Part shown: piece by piece, positions 23,533 through 32,326 of the stretch | Numbering within the stretch: position 1 is the stretch's first letter | Layout: each line of letters begins with the position of its first letter | Assembly: GCA_025999395.1 (NCBI GenBank) | Contig: AP024682.1 | Span: forward strand, 2,105-66,104 | Direction: 5' to 3' | Length of the DNA stretch: 64,000 bases | DNA from: Candidatus Parcubacteria bacterium | GTDB lineage: Bacteria; Patescibacteriota; Minisyncoccia; UBA6257; JAGOQP01 | Translations under genes and position numbers: made by a program | Notes under the pieces: generated by a model | Database searches by the model: none | The model's input: only the letters and a program-made list of their open reading frames with translations | Told to the model about the DNA's origin: nothing

Positions 23533-23587
23533 AAGCGGTATAGCAAAAGAAAAAGCTCGCCTTTGGCGAGCTTAAGAATGCTCTACT

Positions 23588-24118
23588 TTACTTTCTAAAG
23601 CGTTCTCGCTGTAAGCGAGAAACTTCGAGGATAAACTCATAATATTTTTTGAGCTCATCTTCCTCATCTTCTTTTCTGTCATCGGGAGGAGAGTGCTTCA
23701 GGCACTCCCTATGAAGTTGACACAATGGCTTTCCACACCTCCCATATGGGAAACCAGATGTTTCATCATTTCTCTGACATACATGGGAGGCTGGTCTTCC
23801 GCAACAATCGCAAGGAACCTGAAGATGAGTAATGCAGAATGGATTAGAGGGCGAGGCTCCAAACCATTCATCCAGCCAACTAAGCGGCTTACCGCAGAAC
23901 CCTAATTCACCTCTCCCAACACACCATCCAAAATACCGCTCATACCCATGATTGTTATTTACTACAATAAATTCTTGAGCTCTTTTTGTAAAAAAACAAT
24001 TCCAACAGAAAAAGCGGTAAATTAGGTAGAGCCTTCCACTTATAACTTCCTGAACCTTAACTCGAGTGCCACCATCAACTGCCTCCGCACCGCAGAGAAA
24101 GCAATTCTTTTTTGTCAT
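23588..24118 (-). CDS. cysteine-rich hypothetical protein (compositionally atypical, ~50% GC)
   Basis: 176 aa with >15 Cys in CxxC/CC arrangements (CFLCGAE, CWNCFF, CDCCGRPASHVC, CGKPLC). Acidic C-terminal tail. Confidence 0.4.
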   Translation of the reverse strand: MTKKNCFLCGAEAVDGGTRVKVQEVISGRLYLIYRFFCWNCFFTKRAQEFIVVNNNHGYERYFGWCVGRGELGFCGKPLSWLDEWFGASPSNPFCITHLQVPCDCCGRPASHVCQRNDETSGFPYGRCGKPLCQLHRECLKHSPPDDRKEDEEDELKKYYEFILEVSRLQRERFRK

Positions 24119-24204
24119 CTCTCCCCCCCTTTCTTTAGAGTTCTAAAAAGAAAGATAACATAAAACAACCTCAACAAAAACAAAAGCTGTGGAAAACTAA
24201 TTAG

Positions 24205-24289
24205 CGGAGGGTAGAGGACTCGAACCTCTAAGCCCCTTACGGGGCCCCAGTTTTCAAGACTGGTGCCTTACCATTCGGCGCAACCCTCC
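24205..24289 (-). tRNA. tRNA-Ser (anticodon TGA), no encoded CCA
   Basis: Cloverleaf with anticodon loop CUUGAAA and long variable arm GGCCCCGTAAGGGGCTTAG. Acceptor GGAGGGT/ACCCTCC. Confidence 0.75.
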
Positions 24290-24381
24290 TCTTTTTTCAA
24301 AAGTTTTTCAGTATTTTAACGCTAACTTTTGAAAAAAGTAAAGGAAATCAAAAAAAGCAAAAAAAAGGAAGGCCGACTTAA

Positions 24382-24825
24382 CTATTTTGAAAAAATTTTT
24401 TCTAGTAAATCAAGTGGCTTTGTTTTTAAATAATTTCCCCGCCCTATAAGTTTTAGCTGGCCCGAAAAAGAGGAAAGAAGATCTTTAATTTCATTAACAA
24501 CATAACTTTCAGCAAAAAGATAAATCCTGCTAATCTTTTTGTCTGATAAAAGAGGCTTGATTGCTTTTTTAAACTCTTTTGAGAACTCAATTTTAATTTT
24601 TTCCTTACTTACATTATAAGATGGTCCTCCGCCGATTGTTATTCCGCCAGCCCGCCGGGCCACGAATCCTTCTCTATCAGAATAACGAGGCTTTTCCACT
24701 TTAAAGGAAGAAATTTTATTAATTTCTCCGTTGAAAAGAAGATAAAAATCCGCCTCCATCTGACCAGCTACCACAATTAAAGCTTTTTCATCTTCAAATT
24801 GAGGAAACTTTTGGGGCAACTTCAT
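24382..24825 (-). CDS. hypothetical protein
   Basis: 147-aa ORF. No recognisable motif. Confidence 0.3.
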   Translation of the reverse strand: MKLPQKFPQFEDEKALIVVAGQMEADFYLLFNGEINKISSFKVEKPRYSDREGFVARRAGGITIGGGPSYNVSKEKIKIEFSKEFKKAIKPLLSDKKISRIYLFAESYVVNEIKDLLSSFSGQLKLIGRGNYLKTKPLDLLEKIFSK

Positions 24826-24839
24826 GAAATTAATTTTTC

Positions 24840-25220
24840 TTAGTGATGATGCTCTGCTTCTGCCTTCATTGCTTCTTCTTTAGTTGAATGAATAGTTCCC
24901 TCCGGATGATTGGCTGGCGAATAAATAGTGTAAAGCTTCATTTTCTCACTCGAAGTATTGATAATGTTATGTCTTGTGCCGGCTGGAATCACAACTGCCC
25001 AATCATCCTCAATTTCAAATTCTTCTCCATCTAACACCGCTTTCCCTTTTCCGGTTTCAATGCGAATAAATTGATCGACTTCGTGAACCTCTTCCCCAAT
25101 ATCTTCTCCCGGCAAAAGACTCATTACCACTAATTGACTATGAGGAGCGGTAAATAAAACTTTTCTAAAATTTTCATTCTCTTTGGTTTCTTTTTCAATG
25201 TTACCAATGTAGCCTTTCAT
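24840..25220 (-). CDS. cupin-domain protein
   Basis: 126 aa. G(x)5HxH...E / HN pattern (GEEVHEVDQFIRIETGKG...AGTRHNIIN) of the cupin_2 fold. Confidence 0.5.
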   Translation of the reverse strand: MKGYIGNIEKETKENENFRKVLFTAPHSQLVVMSLLPGEDIGEEVHEVDQFIRIETGKGKAVLDGEEFEIEDDWAVVIPAGTRHNIINTSSEKMKLYTIYSPANHPEGTIHSTKEEAMKAEAEHHH

Positions 25221-25382
25221 ATTGTAAAAAAATCCTTACTTAATAATCTAATTCCTAAATTTCTTGCGACCTTTGAGTTGTTAAATATTTTTTCCAAGAG
25301 CAAGGCTTACTTTATTATAGCAAAGTATTTCGATTTCAATAAATCAATTCATTGCTTTCAAAAATTAGATAGTGGACCCGGG

Positions 25383-25454
25383 CGGGATCGAACCGCCGCT
25401 CTCCTCATTGCAAATGAGGCGTTTTACCACTAAACTACGGGCCCTTTTCTCACC
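25383..25454 (-). tRNA. tRNA-Ala (anticodon TGC), no encoded CCA
   Basis: GGGCCCGTAGTTTAGTGGTAAAACGCCTCATTTGCAATGAGG... with the G3:U70 identity pair. Anticodon loop TTTGCAA. Confidence 0.75.
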
Positions 25455-25548
25455 CTAAAGCCACTCTTTTATTCTATTTGCAAGCACCCAACTTAGTCAA
25501 ACAAAGGACTAATTTTAAAATCCCCTCCTAATTAACTAAGAAAATAAA

Positions 25549-26163
25549 CTATTTCAAAAAATAACCATCAAAATCTCCAATTAAGCTTAGAAACTTGTCG
25601 TTTAATTTATTAATTTCGTCCGCTTCTTTATTAAGCTGATTGACTACTTTATTAATCTCATCATAATCAGTTTTCTTACTAAAAAGTCCGTCCTTAATTA
25701 AAGTCAAAAGCTTGCTTAAAAGTTCGTTGTAATTAACTAATCTCTGAATTAAAACCGTCTCAGTGCTTAAAGCCTCTAAAGCCGTCTTTCCCACCTTTGG
25801 AGGACGGATATAGGAAATGGCATTAGTCATCTTGGTTAATTCCTCTGCTAGTAAAACCGCTTTTTGGCGGACTTGATTATTTTTTTCAATCTGAACCAGA
25901 ACAATATCCAAGGCTTTGGCGTCTTTATCCTTACCTTCCAAATTCTGGATTTCTCTCAGACTCTGAGAAATTTCGTGAATAAGACCAACAATTTCTTTAG
26001 CATACAAAGAAGCTTGGCTTCTCCCTTGTTGAAAAGCAGGGGGGATTTCTGCTTTTGAAAAAAGAAGGTTAAAAACTCCAAAACTTACCGCTCCCAAAAG
26101 AATCAGAAAAAAAATAATAAGTTTTAGCTTTTTGTGATTTTTCAAAAAAAGAAAACTTGGCAT
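25549..26163 (-). CDS. hypothetical membrane-anchored coiled-coil protein
   Basis: 204 aa. N-terminal TM (LKLIIFFLILLGAVSFGVF). Confidence 0.3.
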   Translation of the reverse strand: MPSFLFLKNHKKLKLIIFFLILLGAVSFGVFNLLFSKAEIPPAFQQGRSQASLYAKEIVGLIHEISQSLREIQNLEGKDKDAKALDIVLVQIEKNNQVRQKAVLLAEELTKMTNAISYIRPPKVGKTALEALSTETVLIQRLVNYNELLSKLLTLIKDGLFSKKTDYDEINKVVNQLNKEADEINKLNDKFLSLIGDFDGYFLK

Positions 26164-26262
26164 GTGTTTTAAATAAATTTTCTTTCCTCTCTCCCACCAA
26201 AACTAAACTTACCTTAAAATTCTTCTCTCATAATCTTAACAATTTTTTTCAATCCTTGAAAA

Positions 26263-26336
26263 GAGCGGGTGAGCGGAATCGAACCGCCATCTTCACCTTG
26301 GAAGGGTGACATAATAACCATTATACGACACCCGCT
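26263..26336 (-). tRNA. tRNA-Trp (anticodon CCA), no encoded CCA
   Basis: AGCGGGTGTCGTATAATGG...TCACCCTTCCAAGGTGA...GGTTCGATTCCGC...ACCCGCT. A1:U72 as in bacterial tRNA-Trp. Confidence 0.7.
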
Positions 26337-26412
26337 TGAAAATTAGGTAAACTTTTTAAGTAAAAATAATTTTAACCTCTTTTTAAGATTTTTCAAGATT
26401 TCAGAGCGTAAG

Positions 26413-27651
26413 CTAAAACATTAGCCACTCGGGTTTAAAAATCAAAAGCATTCCTAAAATTAACAAAATAATCCCTCCTACCAACCTTGACCAACGAGAA
26501 TATTTGCTCGAAAGCCCGCTTAGCTGAAAAGTAAGAACCGCTCCCCCAAAAACAATCATATCGTCCAGCATATAAAAAAGAATATAAAGTAAAAGATAGC
26601 CGTAATAAGAAAGGAGAGGAAGACGATTCAAAGACAAAATTTGTGTATAAACCGCTGGCAATCCCGCCGAACACATTAATTCCACCAAATTAACCGAAGC
26701 GGCTAAAAGAATAATACCCCCCAAAGCTAACCAAAAACTCTCTTTTCTAACTGCCAACTTTAATTTTTCAAAAGTAGTCTTTTTCCTTTCAGAATCAGCA
26801 GTCGAACAAACCGCCTGAGGTTTGGTAAAAAAATCTTTTAGGCTCCAGACTCCTCCGCCTACTGCCACCAAGCCAATCAAGACTCTGACCCAAAAAATTA
26901 ACCCCAAGAAAAGAAAGAGGTTCAACCAAGCCGCCATAAAGATAAAATAAACCACCCCCGAAGCTAAAATAAAAGCAGACCCCAAAAGAAACATTCTTTT
27001 TTTATCTTTCATTTCCAAAAGCAACCCAATTAAAAAAATTAGCGTCCACATCGCACAAGGATTAAATCCGTCCGCCAATCCAAAAACCACCGTCAAAAAA
27101 GGCAAAGAAAGATCTTTGGTTTTTATTTCCCCCAAAAAAGGAAGAGAGATTTTTTCCGGAAGAGAGGAGGGAAGAACTAGATCAACTTTTTTATCCTTCT
27201 TTCCTTCATTTTGATTTAAGAGTTTTAAAGAATCCGGGCACGACACTTTTAAACAATTTTTTATCTGCTCTTCAATCTCTTTACCAGTCGTTTCATCATC
27301 TAAGTAACCCACCTTAAACCAATTTCCAATCACCGTAAAAGGAACGCCGCTAACTTGAGCATTTAAAATTTCAGCTGCTCGAGTTAAAAGCTTCCGATTA
27401 TCAGAATTGTACCAAACCTCAAATCTCTTAATTTCCAAAGAAGGGTATTTCTCTTGAAGTTTTTTTAAAAAAATCTCTTCTTTAGCACAATGAGGGCAAC
27501 TATCTCCATAAAAAAAATAAAGGGTTACCGAGAATGATTCTTGAGCCAAAGAAAAAGCATAATAAGAAAAAAAGAAAAAGAGCCCTACTCCCCCAATTAA
27601 TCGAAAGAAATTTTTTTTGATATTGAAAACCATACAGCTAATAAACCTCAA
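26413..27651 (-). CDS. thioredoxin-like domain fused to a CcdA/DsbD-type thiol-disulfide transporter membrane domain
   Basis: N-terminal YFFYGDSCPHCAKEE (CxxC thioredoxin motif). Then a polytopic domain with GFNPCAMWTLIFLIGLL, with Cys in TM helices. Confidence 0.5.
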   Translation of the reverse strand: MRFISCMVFNIKKNFFRLIGGVGLFFFFSYYAFSLAQESFSVTLYFFYGDSCPHCAKEEIFLKKLQEKYPSLEIKRFEVWYNSDNRKLLTRAAEILNAQVSGVPFTVIGNWFKVGYLDDETTGKEIEEQIKNCLKVSCPDSLKLLNQNEGKKDKKVDLVLPSSLPEKISLPFLGEIKTKDLSLPFLTVVFGLADGFNPCAMWTLIFLIGLLLEMKDKKRMFLLGSAFILASGVVYFIFMAAWLNLFLFLGLIFWVRVLIGLVAVGGGVWSLKDFFTKPQAVCSTADSERKKTTFEKLKLAVRKESFWLALGGIILLAASVNLVELMCSAGLPAVYTQILSLNRLPLLSYYGYLLLYILFYMLDDMIVFGGAVLTFQLSGLSSKYSRWSRLVGGIILLILGMLLIFKPEWLMF

Positions 27652-27741
27652 TTTATTAAAAAGGCAAACATCAAAAATTCTAACAAAACTTTATTTTAAG
27701 AAAAAGATCAATTAAGATAAGAAAGGTAAAAAAACAAAGAT

Positions 27742-27815
27742 GGGCCGGTAGCTCAGTTGGCTAGAGCGCGGCAATCGCAATGCCGAGGTCAGGGGTTCGA
27801 ATCCCCTCCGGTCCA
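27742..27815 (+). tRNA. tRNA-Ala (anticodon CGC), no encoded CCA
   Basis: GGGCCGGTAGCTCAGTTGGCTAGAGCGCGGCAATCGCAATGCCGAGGTCAGGGGTTCGAATCCCCTCCGGTCCA. G3:U70 present. Confidence 0.75.
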
Positions 27816-28033
27816 CACCTCACAAACTGTCAAACTTTTTTAAAGAACTAATTTCACCTTACTTCTTGTTTTATCTTGCTTAAAAACTAGGAGGCTTCCC
27901 CTTTTACTTTTATCGAAAAAATAGAGTAAAAGGATCTAAAATCAACTTCAGGATCCCTAAATTTATTTTAACTCTTTTTAGAACATTACTCGAAATAATC
28001 TGCTTTATGTTTATCTATAAAAATCTTTAAAAA

Positions 28034-28068
28034 TTGACAAATAAAGATTTGATTAGTATAAGTAAACA
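28034..28068 (+). promoter_or_regulatory. sigma70-like promoter (TTGACA-N17-TATAAG) with downstream RBS AAAGGAGGA for the response-regulator gene
   Basis: TTGACAAATAAAGATTTGATTAGTATAAGT at 28034-28063. Shine-Dalgarno at 28095-28103, 6 nt before the ATG at 28110. Confidence 0.4.
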
Positions 28069-28109
28069 AAAGATAGAAAAACAGTTCTCTAAAAAGAAAG
28101 GAGGAAGAT

Positions 28110-28502
28110 ATGAAGTATCTGTTTATTGATGATAACAAGGAGTGGCTCGAATGTTTACAAATACTACTGGAAATGCTGTTTCAGAATCAGAATTTTGTTT
28201 TTGCTGAATGTCATAGCACCGAAGAGGCACTTTGTGCAATTTCCAAACACCACCCCGATGTTATTTTTCTTGATCATCACCTCACCACCACAGGCAACGA
28301 AGGAATTGAGGTTGTAGATCAACTGCGTCAAGAACAGAGGGAGAAAATAAAAATCTACTCCACAACAAGCGACGAAAGCATCATTTTTGAGTATCAAAAA
28401 CGCGGGATCGAAAGAATTAGCAAGAACAATCTCGTATCAACACTGACAAAACAGCTGCCCACCTCTTCTAATCCACTTCCTCCTTCTAATCATTGCCCCT
28501 AA
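28110..28502 (+). CDS. stand-alone response regulator receiver domain protein
   Basis: 130 aa. MKYLFIDDNKEW...DVIFLDHHL...IKIYSTTSDE receiver-domain pattern. Confidence 0.55.
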   Translation: MKYLFIDDNKEWLECLQILLEMLFQNQNFVFAECHSTEEALCAISKHHPDVIFLDHHLTTTGNEGIEVVDQLRQEQREKIKIYSTTSDESIIFEYQKRGIERISKNNLVSTLTKQLPTSSNPLPPSNHCP

Positions 28503-28512
28503 GCTTAGCACC

Positions 28513-28545
28513 CAAAAGGAGTCCAAAGGACTCCTTTTTATTTAG
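28513..28545 (+). terminator. rho-independent terminator
   Basis: AAAGGAGTCC-AAA-GGACTCCTTT hairpin followed by TTATTTAG, directly after the stop at 28502. Confidence 0.5.
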
Positions 28546-28800
28546 AGACTAAGAAAATAGAAGAAAAGCAAGTAAAAAATAACTTCAACAAAGTTACCAA
28601 AGAAGAATTTAAAACCATTTTAAAGATAAAAGAATTAACAAAACATAAAAAACGAAGATGTTTTGAAAAAACAAATAAAGTATAGGGGCGACTTCTATAG
28701 CCCCCAGCCCCCCTTCTTAAAACCTTCATGACAAACTCTTCTCCCAAAAAGTTACTAATATCTGAGTATTGGGAATGAAAAGAATTAGAAACAAACACAG

Positions 28801-29853
28801 TTACTTAAAAAAAGTTCTCCACAAATCAAAAATTAAAATCACCATCCACCCCAAAAGAAGCAAGAACCAACCAACTAATTCAATTCTTTCTGGAGACCAG
28901 CTAAAACGCTCAGCCACAATTGAGTAAATATCCTCCATTGCTTCAAGTTTGTTTTTAATGTGCTTGCGCCATTCTTCAAACTTAAATTTCTTAGCCGCCA
29001 AATCATAAAGACGCGCCCAATACCAATCACCAATAAGCTTAATATCTCTTTCTAAAGCCTGAAATTCAAAGATAGAAGCGGAACGAATTTTAATAATTGA
29101 TTGCATTCCCTCCTTTACCTCTTTGCCTCCCAAAAAAGCCCCCAAGAATGGTTTTTTCTGAGGAAAGCTCCCAAAAATTTTAGCTACCTCCAAAAGACGC
29201 TCATCCAATTCAAAATCAAGAAGACGGTACTTTAAAAGCTGAAAATTAGCTAATTCCAAGAGTTCCACAATAGCAGCAAAGTCTCCCTCCGGATCAAAAA
29301 TAAAAGCTCCATCCCAATCAATAATTACTAAATCGTTTTTAGCATATTTAAGTTGGGCCTCTAGGGTTTGATTAATTTCTTTCTCATCTAAGGGCAACTT
29401 TTCTGATTTCAGGAAGCTAGCAATTTTTTCCTTCCACTGAAAAAACTGTTCGGGCTCTCCTTGATAATTACTTACTACCCAAACCGAATACTCCTCTACC
29501 CATTCCTTTTTTCCTCCTCGCTTTTCAAAAAACAAATAGCAAGCCTCAAGCAATTTATCTTTATAATCCAAGGCTTTGTCAAAAAAGATATTTTCCAAAG
29601 ACACCCTTGCCTCTACTACTAAAATATCGGGAAGATAAGTTTTTATCTGAAATTCAACCAAGCGATCTTCAATCGTTTGCTTTTCAGATTTGAGAATTAA
29701 TTGTTTGGGCAAAGAGGCTCTAAAATAAGTAGGCGCCGAGCGCAAAGTGATTGGCTCTAATTTTTCTCCCCGAGGCCGCCCCTTGAACTGTCCGACCACA
29801 AAAACAATAAGTTCACCGGCAATTTCTTTTTCTGAAAGAAATTTCTGATTCAT
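28801..29853 (-). CDS. hypothetical protein with C-terminal TM helix
   Basis: 350-aa ORF. No recognisable catalytic motif. A possible minus-strand terminator hairpin GGGGCTATAGAAGTCGCCCC lies at ~28684-28710. Confidence 0.3.
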   Translation of the reverse strand: MNQKFLSEKEIAGELIVFVVGQFKGRPRGEKLEPITLRSAPTYFRASLPKQLILKSEKQTIEDRLVEFQIKTYLPDILVVEARVSLENIFFDKALDYKDKLLEACYLFFEKRGGKKEWVEEYSVWVVSNYQGEPEQFFQWKEKIASFLKSEKLPLDEKEINQTLEAQLKYAKNDLVIIDWDGAFIFDPEGDFAAIVELLELANFQLLKYRLLDFELDERLLEVAKIFGSFPQKKPFLGAFLGGKEVKEGMQSIIKIRSASIFEFQALERDIKLIGDWYWARLYDLAAKKFKFEEWRKHIKNKLEAMEDIYSIVAERFSWSPERIELVGWFLLLLGWMVILIFDLWRTFFK

Positions 29854-29864
29854 ACTTACTAATT

Positions 29865-30044
29865 TTATTCTCTTTCCGCTAAAGAAGCTATTTCGATATT
29901 ACAAGAATGATATTTTTTGCACCACTGCTGACATTTTTTAGCCAAATCTTTATCACGATATCGCAAGCCACACTCTGGACACGAGAAAAGCTTCTTTTTA
30001 TTTTGAGATAAAGATTTTTTATTAAGAGATTTGATTGTTTTCAT
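29865..30044 (-). CDS. small zinc-ribbon protein (59 aa), not in the ORF track because it is <60 aa
   Basis: Own translation MKTIKSLNKKSLSQNKKKLFSCPECGLRYRDKDLAKKCQQWCKKYHSCNIEIASLAERE. CPxCG...C..C..C arrangement. Confidence 0.3.
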   Translation of the reverse strand: MKTIKSLNKKSLSQNKKKLFSCPECGLRYRDKDLAKKCQQWCKKYHSCNIEIASLAERE

Positions 30045-30053
30045 AAGTTGAGA

Positions 30054-30755
30054 TTAAATCACCTTTATAATTTTAGCTTTTTGTTGAGATTTTCGAATTG
30101 TAATTTCTTCTTCGTTTTCCAAAACAAAACTTTCAGGGACATTATCGGCATAAACCACCGCCGGCCCCCGGGTAATTTTCATTCTAATCACCGAATCCTC
30201 TTTTAAAACTACATGATCAGATTGCTCGGTACTATTATTAAAAGCTAACCCCAAACCGACCTCAAAAAAACTATCGGTAATACTTCGATAATAGCCAGTA
30301 GAACCTAAAGGAGTAGAGGCCACAATTCCATCACCAATAATTTCCCTCCCTTCGGCGTAAGGTTGATCATTAATAAAAATCAAATAGCGCAAAGCGTGAC
30401 GCACATCACTATTGTGAACCACAATATCATTAAGAGCAACCAATCGATGATCTTTAGAAAAAGCTTCTAATTTTTCCACTTCTTCAAGAGTAAAAAAACC
30501 ATCTTTGAATTTCTGGAGAATTTCTAAATTTGAAAACTTTTGATTCAAAAAAGAAGAGCAGAGTTTACAAACTCGACTTCCTTTGAGAAGAAGTTTGGGA
30601 ATACCAGGAAAAAGATATTCAGCTTGCAAAAGAGAGCCATCTCCTCCCCACACCAAAATCACCTCCGGATTTTCTTCTACTAAAGAAAAATTCTCTTTTA
30701 AAAAAGGCAAAAGATCAGAAACATTATGCCGAGAGAAAATTTTTATTCTCTTCAT
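30054..30755 (-). CDS. ppnK: NAD(+) kinase
   Basis: GGDGSLL motif (VWGGDGSLLQAEYL), NDIVV, and DGIVASTPLGSTGYYRS (NAD-kinase signature). Confidence 0.75.
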   Translation of the reverse strand: MKRIKIFSRHNVSDLLPFLKENFSLVEENPEVILVWGGDGSLLQAEYLFPGIPKLLLKGSRVCKLCSSFLNQKFSNLEILQKFKDGFFTLEEVEKLEAFSKDHRLVALNDIVVHNSDVRHALRYLIFINDQPYAEGREIIGDGIVASTPLGSTGYYRSITDSFFEVGLGLAFNNSTEQSDHVVLKEDSVIRMKITRGPAVVYADNVPESFVLENEEEITIRKSQQKAKIIKVI

Positions 30756-30785
30756 CTTTTTAAAAAAAGAAAAAATAAAAAACTT

Positions 30786-31139
30786 TTAAGAAATTCCTAA
30801 CCCCGAATCTACCTCTTCATCAGTAGTTAAAAGAACAGGGCCTTTTTGGGGGTCTGAGGCCGCCAACAACATTCCTTGACTTTCTAACTCTTCAAACTCT
30901 TCCCCTTCTCCCTGACGAATTCTAAACTTCTTAGGCTCTAGGTTGGCAACAATGATAATAATTTTTCCAATCAAATCTTGAGGCTGATATTTTAAGCCAA
31001 TGCCAGCAATAATTTGTCTTTTTTCAGAACCCATTTCTACTTGAAGCTTTAATAACTTTTCCGAACCTTTCACTTTTTCTGCCTCTAAAACTTTGGCTGT
31101 TTTTAATTCGATTTCTTTGAAACGTTCTAAATTTATCAT
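30786..31139 (-). CDS. tRNA-binding domain protein (CsaA/Trbp111-like, EMAP/Myf fold)
   Basis: Pattern KTAKVLEAEKVKGSEKLLKLQVEMG...IIAGIGLKY...IIVANLEPKKFRIRQGEG...ESQGMLLAA matches the OB-fold tRNA-binding domain. Confidence 0.55.
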   Translation of the reverse strand: MINLERFKEIELKTAKVLEAEKVKGSEKLLKLQVEMGSEKRQIIAGIGLKYQPQDLIGKIIIIVANLEPKKFRIRQGEGEEFEELESQGMLLAASDPQKGPVLLTTDEEVDSGLGIS

Positions 31140-31189
31140 ATTAATTTCATTGAATTTTATTATTGTAATTTTATTATTGATCTAAAAAA

Positions 31190-32254
31190 TTAATTGCCCC
31201 TCGCCTCTTTGGTTATTTCAGAATAAATCTTAACCAAAGAAAAGAAAACACTAACAATCACTGGTCCGGCAATTAATCCTATCGGCCCCAAAAAAGAAAC
31301 TCCCCCTAAAACGCTTAATAAAACCATTAAAGGATGAATTTCGGTTCCTTTTTTCATAAGATAAGGCCTTAACAAATTATCTATCAATCCAACCGCCAAA
31401 GCTCCCCACAAAAGAAGCCCTAAAGCCATCGGCCAAGAGGAAAAAAGAAAGAGAAAAATTACCGCTGGAACGATTACTAAAGAAGTTCCCACCGTTGGAA
31501 CCAAGGCAGCCAAAGCAGTCACCCCACCCCAAAGCGCCGGATTAGGAACTCCAAAAATATAAAAACCTATTCCCGCTACTAATCCTTGAATAAAAGCCAC
31601 AATTAAAGATCCGCCAATAACCGAACGAATAGATGATTTTATTTTCTGAAAAATTATTTCCCTATACTTTTCTTCCAAAGGAAAAAGAGAAATAAAAGAA
31701 TCCTTAAACTTAGCTCCGTCTTTAAAGAGGTAAAAAAGAAGAAAAAGAGCCAGTGCTAAACTTACAGCTCCTTGAATTACTCCCGAAAAAATTGCTCCTA
31801 AATTTTTAATTAGCCACTCTAAAGTTTTAGTTAAATATCCTTCTAAATTGATCTCCTGCGACCAATAAGGAAGGATGCTTAGTTTTTTTTGAAAAGAGGT
31901 AAACCACTGATTTATAAAACCTAAACTTTTTTCATTCGTGAGAGAATAATAAAGATTTAAAGTTTCCTTAAAAACTAAAGTCCCCAAGACCAAAAAAGGA
32001 ATAGTGATAATAAAAAAAACAATTAGCACCGTTAAAAGAGAAGCTAATCCTTTTAAAGAAATCATTCGATTAATCTTCAAAAAAAGTGGCTCAAAAACAA
32101 CCGCCATCACCAACGCCAAAAAAACTACATTCCAATAGGGAAGAAAGATAAAAAAAGAAAGCACCGAAAAAATAATCAGAAATAAAATAAAAAAGAAATT
32201 TTTGGGCATAGTTAAGCTTTTAAAGAATAATAACAAGGCTGTAAATTTAAGCAA
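31190..32254 (-). CDS. AI-2E family (UPF0118/PerM-like) transporter
   Basis: 354 aa, ~8 TM helices. C-terminal GLIDNLLRPYLMKKGTEIHPLMVLLSVLGG characteristic of the family. Confidence 0.55.
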   Translation of the reverse strand: MLKFTALLLFFKSLTMPKNFFFILFLIIFSVLSFFIFLPYWNVVFLALVMAVVFEPLFLKINRMISLKGLASLLTVLIVFFIITIPFLVLGTLVFKETLNLYYSLTNEKSLGFINQWFTSFQKKLSILPYWSQEINLEGYLTKTLEWLIKNLGAIFSGVIQGAVSLALALFLLFYLFKDGAKFKDSFISLFPLEEKYREIIFQKIKSSIRSVIGGSLIVAFIQGLVAGIGFYIFGVPNPALWGGVTALAALVPTVGTSLVIVPAVIFLFLFSSWPMALGLLLWGALAVGLIDNLLRPYLMKKGTEIHPLMVLLSVLGGVSFLGPIGLIAGPVIVSVFFSLVKIYSEITKEARGN

Positions 32255-32326
32255 GGAAAAAACTTGTTATTAAAAAAAGTTAGGCTATAATCAAAATTAT
32301 CTATTGAAAGTAAGAAAAAAGTTTCT

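Noticed and set aside
28538-28798. 86-aa minus-strand ORF between the response regulator and the 28801..29853 gene
   Set aside because: It has no start context, and the region carries terminator hairpins for both flanking genes. It is likely non-coding.
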